Source of the DNA: an uncultured bacterium
GTDB lineage: Bacteria > Krumholzibacteriota > Krumholzibacteriia > LZORAL124-64-63
NCBI GenBank assembly: GCA_965363725.1
Contig: CBDTUS010000001.1
Coordinates: forward strand, 2,460-66,459
Length of the DNA: 64,000 nt
Direction of reading: 5' to 3'
The translations under genes and the position numbers were made by a program. This document shows, piece by piece, positions 59,379 through 64,000 of this stretch (within the stretch, counting starts at the first letter, position 1; each line of letters opens with the position of its first letter). Under the pieces are notes generated by a model. The model was given only the letters and a program-made list of their open reading frames with translations, was not told the origin of the DNA and ran no database searches.

Positions 59379-62300
59379 CTACTTGACCAGGGTCATTTTC
59401 TGAACCGTCGTTTCACCGGCGTTCCGGGCCCGCATGAAATACATCCCGCTGGCCTGTGCCCGACCGCCATCATCCTTGCCGTCCCAGACCAAGTCATGCC
59501 AGCCCGAAGAAATGCCACCGGTGTGCAGACGCCGCACCATCCGGCCCATGACATCGTAGACGCCCAGCTCCAGATCCGAAGCCTGGGGAATGTAGAGCCG
59601 GACCGTGGTCGAAGGGTTGAACGGATTGGGATACACCGACTCGACCGTGAAGTTGGCCAAGGGCACATCCTCCGGATCATCCACGGCGTTGGTGAAGCCG
59701 GGGACCAGTACTCCATCCCGAAGGATGTTGCCCGCATAGGTGGGCCAGGGCACGTCGCGTTTGTCGTAGGCAAACGGCATGTCCCAGACGTGGATGAGGA
59801 AATCCCAACCGCCGAAGACGATGTCCACGTCCCAGTCCTGGTCGATGTCGGTGATCACCGCCGAAGGCATCAAGGGGCCGGTCAGCGTGATGGGAAATCC
59901 GTCCACCAGGGTCCCGTCAGCATGGTAGGCATACAGGTTGTAGGGCGCGCTTTCGTCCCCGCCGCCGATGCCGTGGATGATGTCCGGTGAATGATCGCCG
60001 TCGATGTCACCGATGACCGGGCTGCCTTCACTGCTGCCCGGCACGACCACCGGCCAGCCGGGTAGCACCTGCCCGGACGTGCCGCCGACATAGTCTGTAT
60101 CCACCACCACGATCCGGCCGACCAGCCCGGACTGGATCGGCGTATAGACGATCTCCAGCATGCCGTCGCCGTCCAGGTCACCGAGGCCGGGGCTGCTCAC
60201 CCAGCCTTCCACCGAGGTATAGGGCAGGAAGACCGGAAAACCCGGATAGTCGGTCCCGTCCTCCTGCACGGCATAGAGGTATTGGTTGCCGTCGGAGAAC
60301 ACGATTTCCATCTGCCCGTTGTTGTCCAGATCACCCAGGCAGGGGTTCACGCTGATGGGCCCGTTGGCGATATAGGGGAAACCGTCGATATCGACCCCGT
60401 TGAAATCGATGGCCATCAGGCGTTTGACGCCTGTACCATCGCTGATGGTGCCGAAAATGATGTCCTTGCTGCCGTTGCCGTCGAGGTCATACAGGGCCGG
60501 ACCGGAACGGGACCATTCCCACTGGGCGCCGAGGCGCTGATAGAGCACACCGTTGGTTGCGGGGTTGTCGTCTCCGTCCCTGACCTCGGTGCCGTCGGCA
60601 TTCCAGGCATAGATGACACCGTTGAGGGTGAGCACGACCACTTCCGGGTCGCCGTCACCATCGATGTCGCCCACCGCGGGCGGCGACCAGTTCCAGTTGG
60701 TTCCCTGCTGGGTGGTGGACGGAACCTGGGGCCAGCCGGGGACTTCCGTCCCCTCCTTGGTGAAAGCGTGGATCTGAATGGACGGGGCCCGTTCCGAGAC
60801 GATCATCTCCGCACCCGCAACCCCATCCAGATCGGCCAGGGTTACCCCGGCCGGCTGGAGGTTGGTCCCGGACGGGAAATTGGTCATGACCCCCAGGGTC
60901 TGGGAATCACCGTCGCCGTCCATGAGCTCGAGTCCATCGTGATGGAAGACGTAAACCTGCGAACTGGCCAGAACGATTTCATGATCCCCGTCGCCGTCGA
61001 TATCCCCCACGGCCAGGTGACTGCTGGTCTCATTGGCAAACGGGACCGGGAAATTGAGGAGCTCGGCGGGAGCCGTCGACTGGGTGACCACCGCAGAAAA
61101 ATCGCTGGGGACACGCGCCGAATCGACCGCCGCGATCTTGTAGTAGTACCGTGTGAGCTGGTCGAGATTGTCATCCCGGTAATACGAAGTCCCGGCGATT
61201 ACATCCTGGTTGACCTGGACGAACGGCCCGCCCATATCCAGGCTGCGAAACACGTTGTAGCCGTAACGATCCGCGCTGGCGGAGGGGTCCCAGGACAGGG
61301 CGATGACATCGGCCCCCAGCGAGGTGTCGGTAATGATGTTCTCCGGCGGAACCGGGCGCCAGGGCGAGAACTCATGCCGGATGGACCGGCCGTAATTGTC
61401 CACCAGGTCGAAGTGGCAGTCCCCGAAACCAACCACGTTGGAAAGCGAAAGGGACAGCGTCACGCTGCCCGGAGCCTCATCCATGAGCGCGATGTTGGAC
61501 CAGGTGGTCACGGTGTCGACCAGGACCACATTGGGTTCGTCGGTCCTCAGATAACCCGTAACTCCGTCGGCCAAACCGGCTCCGTAGTTTTTCACCCGGG
61601 CGGTGATGCGGATCCTCTCCCCGTTCTCGAGGATACCGTCCCCGTCCCCGTAGGTCTGATCTTCCCAATCCATGGTGACCACTTCAAATTTCGGAGCCTG
61701 CACCACGACCGACCACTGCGAGACGTAGTGGTCCGGCCCGTCGGCAACATCCACCTGGAACGTGATTTCCTTGGCGTCGGAGATTCCCGGACTGAAATAG
61801 ACAAGGTAGGGGCTGTTCGCCGTAGCGGTGCTCCCGGCGGACATGGCCCCGATGGTGGCGGTGTCAGTCAGAATGGTGACCGTGGTGTCACTGCACGCCA
61901 ATACGGCGGTCAGGCTGCCGGTGCCGTCGCCGCCAGTCTCCAGGAGCTCGGCCGTCAATGCGACGACCTCGCCCGCTTCCACGGTGAAGTTGCCGTTGCC
62001 GATGCTTCCGGCCGTACCGTCGTCATTGACGACCATGGAACGGGCCGCAACAAAAGCCTGCTCCGAGGTGATCGGAATAGAAGCTTCATACTTGTGCAGG
62101 TTCTTACCCGTGACGATCAGGGTAGCGTCACCGGTGGTGGTGGGCAGGAAATCAAGACTCACCTTTCCGAGGGCGTCGGTCTGGCCGAAGACATGACTCT
62201 CGCCGTCCTTGGCGAGGCAGACCAGGGCTTCATCAACCGGGGAGCCGCCCACCGTCACGGTGAAATCCAGGGTCTGGGGACCCAGTTCCAAGCCGGTGGG

Positions 62301-63980
62301 GCCGGCCAGGCCGACGGGCCGGGGCGATCCGGTCCAGAGGGGCAGCGTGGGATCGCCCAACAGGGTGTAGTTGAGGAACGTCCAGCGGTCCACGTAGTTG
62401 GCATTGGTCAGGGCGATGTAGGGCAATCGGCTAAGAGCAATCAACCTGCCGACCCTCATCTCGTTGGTGCAGTAGAGCAGTCGGAAGAATTCCTGCTGGT
62501 AGTTGTTCGAGTTGTTGGGGAAGGCCGCGCGGGCCGAGCCCACCGAACAGATGGAACCCCCGTTGGGATTCTGGACAAAGCGCTCCAACAGGCAGGAGTT
62601 GTCGAAGGCCCCGGAGGCGCAGTTCAGGGCATAGATCATGAAAAGGTTGTCGCCGTTGGTGAGCTGGTCGGCGTCGGTGGTGAAGAAGTTGGCGTCGGCC
62701 ACAGACATGTTGAAATAATACCCGTGGCCGATCTGGTTGAAGATGCCGTAGCGTCCCGTGTTGAGGGTGTCGATCAACGCCGCCCTGCTCAGTTGGGTAT
62801 CCCAGGGAAAGAGGGTGTCCGTCTGGTACATCCTCGTGAATTCCATGTCCGTGCAGGGAATGATGTTGTCGTTCACCTGCTGGTCGGCGTACTGGGCGCC
62901 GTCCAGGATGATGTAATCGCCCGCGGGATAGTCGGAGGGAAACAGAACCTCGGCCGCGAAGAGGGCGCGATTGGCCCAGTCGGCGGTGACATCCGCTTCC
63001 TCGTAGGTCATGACCTTGCCGACGAACACCGCCGCGGCATCGGGATCACTGACGGCGGCCCTTCCGATGTAGACCTCTTCGGCAAAATCTACTAGATCCC
63101 CCGGATCGGGGTTGACCGCGGGTTGACCGAAGTTGGCGTCGCCGTCCGCGTTCCAGTTGCCGTCCAGACAGGCGAAATACAGATCCGCCGGGATGGAGGT
63201 GTAGCCGTTGGTCGGGTAGAAGGAGTTGTCGATGTATCGGGGGGGCAGGATGTCGGAATCGCCGCCCATCAGGACGTAGTCGATCCCCCACTTCTGGTAG
63301 GCGTCCAGGATATACATCCGCAGTGTTTCCTGAATGTCCGCACCGTTGCGGTAGTTGGCCGCGATGTATTCCCGGGTGGCCACCACACTGGGGAGGCCCT
63401 GGGCCGTCTTGAAGTCCGCCAGGATCTGGAATTCATCCTTCATGGCTTCGTTGGTGATGATCAGGAAGGTCACCCCGCTGCCTTTGAGGCTCGGGTTCAC
63501 GGTCGGCACGAAGGCGGCGGACTTGGCCTCGACGACCTGGCCGTGCTCGCGGTTGTAACCGGATATCTCTCCGGGATTGGCCACCAACGAGGCCAGGATC
63601 TGCTCGTTCATTTCGGCTTCACCGGGCACCAGACGCTGGCGCACGGCCACCGACACGTTGGCCGAAGATCCCTCTTCCAACCTCACCGCAAAACGGTCGA
63701 GGAATTCCAGCTCAGTGCCCTGGTCCGTCCGGGTCTCCCGGACGGGATAGACGCTCACGGTAATGAGACGATAGCCACGCCAGACGTGACTGCCGGTATA
63801 CTCTCCCCAGGCCACGGGAAAGGTCTCGCCGGTGCGGGACATACTGGTGGCGGTCACCATTTCACCGCCATCGGTGTACAGGGGTGACGCCAGAGCCACC
63901 GGGCCGCTAGGGAACTCCTTGTGGGTTTCCAGCGGTTCGATCCAGACATCTTCAACGCGGGTCCCCAGTGGAACCAGCAA
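59379..63980 (-). CDS. Very large secreted protein: a C25 (gingipain-like) peptidase domain, multiple FG-GAP/VCBS repeats and a C-terminal T9SS type A sorting domain. The 5' end may lie beyond the window.
   Basis: It has C25-like YVLMGGDSDILP blocks, repeated GDIDGDGDxE FG-GAP calcium-binding loops, and a C-terminus ESVYPNPFNPSTTVRLYIP...LELGVYDVMGRMVRRLH...GMYFMRARNAGETTVQKMTLVK that matches the Por/T9SS CTD pattern. Confidence 0.75.
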   Translation of the reverse strand: MLVPLGTRVEDVWIEPLETHKEFPSGPVALASPLYTDGGEMVTATSMSRTGETFPVAWGEYTGSHVWRGYRLITVSVYPVRETRTDQGTELEFLDRFAVRLEEGSSANVSVAVRQRLVPGEAEMNEQILASLVANPGEISGYNREHGQVVEAKSAAFVPTVNPSLKGSGVTFLIITNEAMKDEFQILADFKTAQGLPSVVATREYIAANYRNGADIQETLRMYILDAYQKWGIDYVLMGGDSDILPPRYIDNSFYPTNGYTSIPADLYFACLDGNWNADGDANFGQPAVNPDPGDLVDFAEEVYIGRAAVSDPDAAAVFVGKVMTYEEADVTADWANRALFAAEVLFPSDYPAGDYIILDGAQYADQQVNDNIIPCTDMEFTRMYQTDTLFPWDTQLSRAALIDTLNTGRYGIFNQIGHGYYFNMSVADANFFTTDADQLTNGDNLFMIYALNCASGAFDNSCLLERFVQNPNGGSICSVGSARAAFPNNSNNYQQEFFRLLYCTNEMRVGRLIALSRLPYIALTNANYVDRWTFLNYTLLGDPTLPLWTGSPRPVGLAGPTGLELGPQTLDFTVTVGGSPVDEALVCLAKDGESHVFGQTDALGKVSLDFLPTTTGDATLIVTGKNLHKYEASIPITSEQAFVAARSMVVNDDGTAGSIGNGNFTVEAGEVVALTAELLETGGDGTGSLTAVLACSDTTVTILTDTATIGAMSAGSTATANSPYLVYFSPGISDAKEITFQVDVADGPDHYVSQWSVVVQAPKFEVVTMDWEDQTYGDGDGILENGERIRITARVKNYGAGLADGVTGYLRTDEPNVVLVDTVTTWSNIALMDEAPGSVTLSLSLSNVVGFGDCHFDLVDNYGRSIRHEFSPWRPVPPENIITDTSLGADVIALSWDPSASADRYGYNVFRSLDMGGPFVQVNQDVIAGTSYYRDDNLDQLTRYYYKIAAVDSARVPSDFSAVVTQSTAPAELLNFPVPFANETSSHLAVGDIDGDGDHEIVLASSQVYVFHHDGLELMDGDGDSQTLGVMTNFPSGTNLQPAGVTLADLDGVAGAEMIVSERAPSIQIHAFTKEGTEVPGWPQVPSTTQQGTNWNWSPPAVGDIDGDGDPEVVVLTLNGVIYAWNADGTEVRDGDDNPATNGVLYQRLGAQWEWSRSGPALYDLDGNGSKDIIFGTISDGTGVKRLMAIDFNGVDIDGFPYIANGPISVNPCLGDLDNNGQMEIVFSDGNQYLYAVQEDGTDYPGFPVFLPYTSVEGWVSSPGLGDLDGDGMLEIVYTPIQSGLVGRIVVVDTDYVGGTSGQVLPGWPVVVPGSSEGSPVIGDIDGDHSPDIIHGIGGGDESAPYNLYAYHADGTLVDGFPITLTGPLMPSAVITDIDQDWDVDIVFGGWDFLIHVWDMPFAYDKRDVPWPTYAGNILRDGVLVPGFTNAVDDPEDVPLANFTVESVYPNPFNPSTTVRLYIPQASDLELGVYDVMGRMVRRLHTGGISSGWHDLVWDGKDDGGRAQASGMYFMRARNAGETTVQKMTLVK

Positions 63981-64000
63981 AAGCAGGTCCCGGGCGGGAA

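Overview
This is a high-GC (about 63%) bacterial chromosomal segment that looks like housekeeping core genome, not a mobile island. I found no rRNA, tRNA, CRISPR, transposase or integrase genes. Almost every gene is on the minus strand; only a small lipoprotein and a HIT hydrolase are on the plus strand. The organism is clearly diderm, and the minus-strand gene order supports this. Running from high to low coordinates, the minus strand encodes coaE, prfB (with its programmed +1 frameshift), lysS, lolC/E, lolD, mcsA, mcsB and clpC. After a strong terminator it continues with bamA and skp, then a full lipid A block (lpxD, a fused lpxC-fabZ, lpxA, lpxB, a DUF374 acyltransferase, lpxK), then nadB, a methyltransferase and a BshC-like gene that runs off the window start and is missing from the ORF track. 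Downstream of polA, in descending coordinates, are nadD, bamD, rimO, ftsK, accC, an orphan pilT, accB, efp, aroQ, an acyl-CoA dehydrogenase, a PhzF-family protein and acpS. These are followed by an envelope glycan cluster (a PglC-like sugar transferase, a GT39 transferase, DUF3108, four GT9 heptosyltransferases and gmhB). Continuing towards the window end are lon, an Hsp20 gene, a lexA-imuB-like pair, a PfkB kinase, a metzincin-like lipoprotein, an ABC substrate-binding protein and a very large C25-peptidase / FG-GAP protein with a T9SS C-terminal domain. The LpxC-FabZ fusion and the T9SS sorting domain suggest an FCB-group-like or candidate-phylum lineage; that is inference. The signals most worth a second look are as follows. 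Two different perfect tandem-repeat arrays sit exactly in the promoter regions of the stress genes lexA (four 18-bp units) and lon (three 19-bp units plus one degenerate unit). A Firmicute-type McsA-McsB-ClpC arginine-phosphorylation module is translationally coupled to lolD in a Gram-negative background, and its McsB shows an apparent Cys-to-Ser change at the catalytic position. A single pilT is wedged between accB and accC and is insulated by terminators. A lexA gene is coupled to a Y-family polymerase-like gene that seems to lack catalytic acidic residues. I could not confidently identify a discrete novel multi-gene system such as a defence island.
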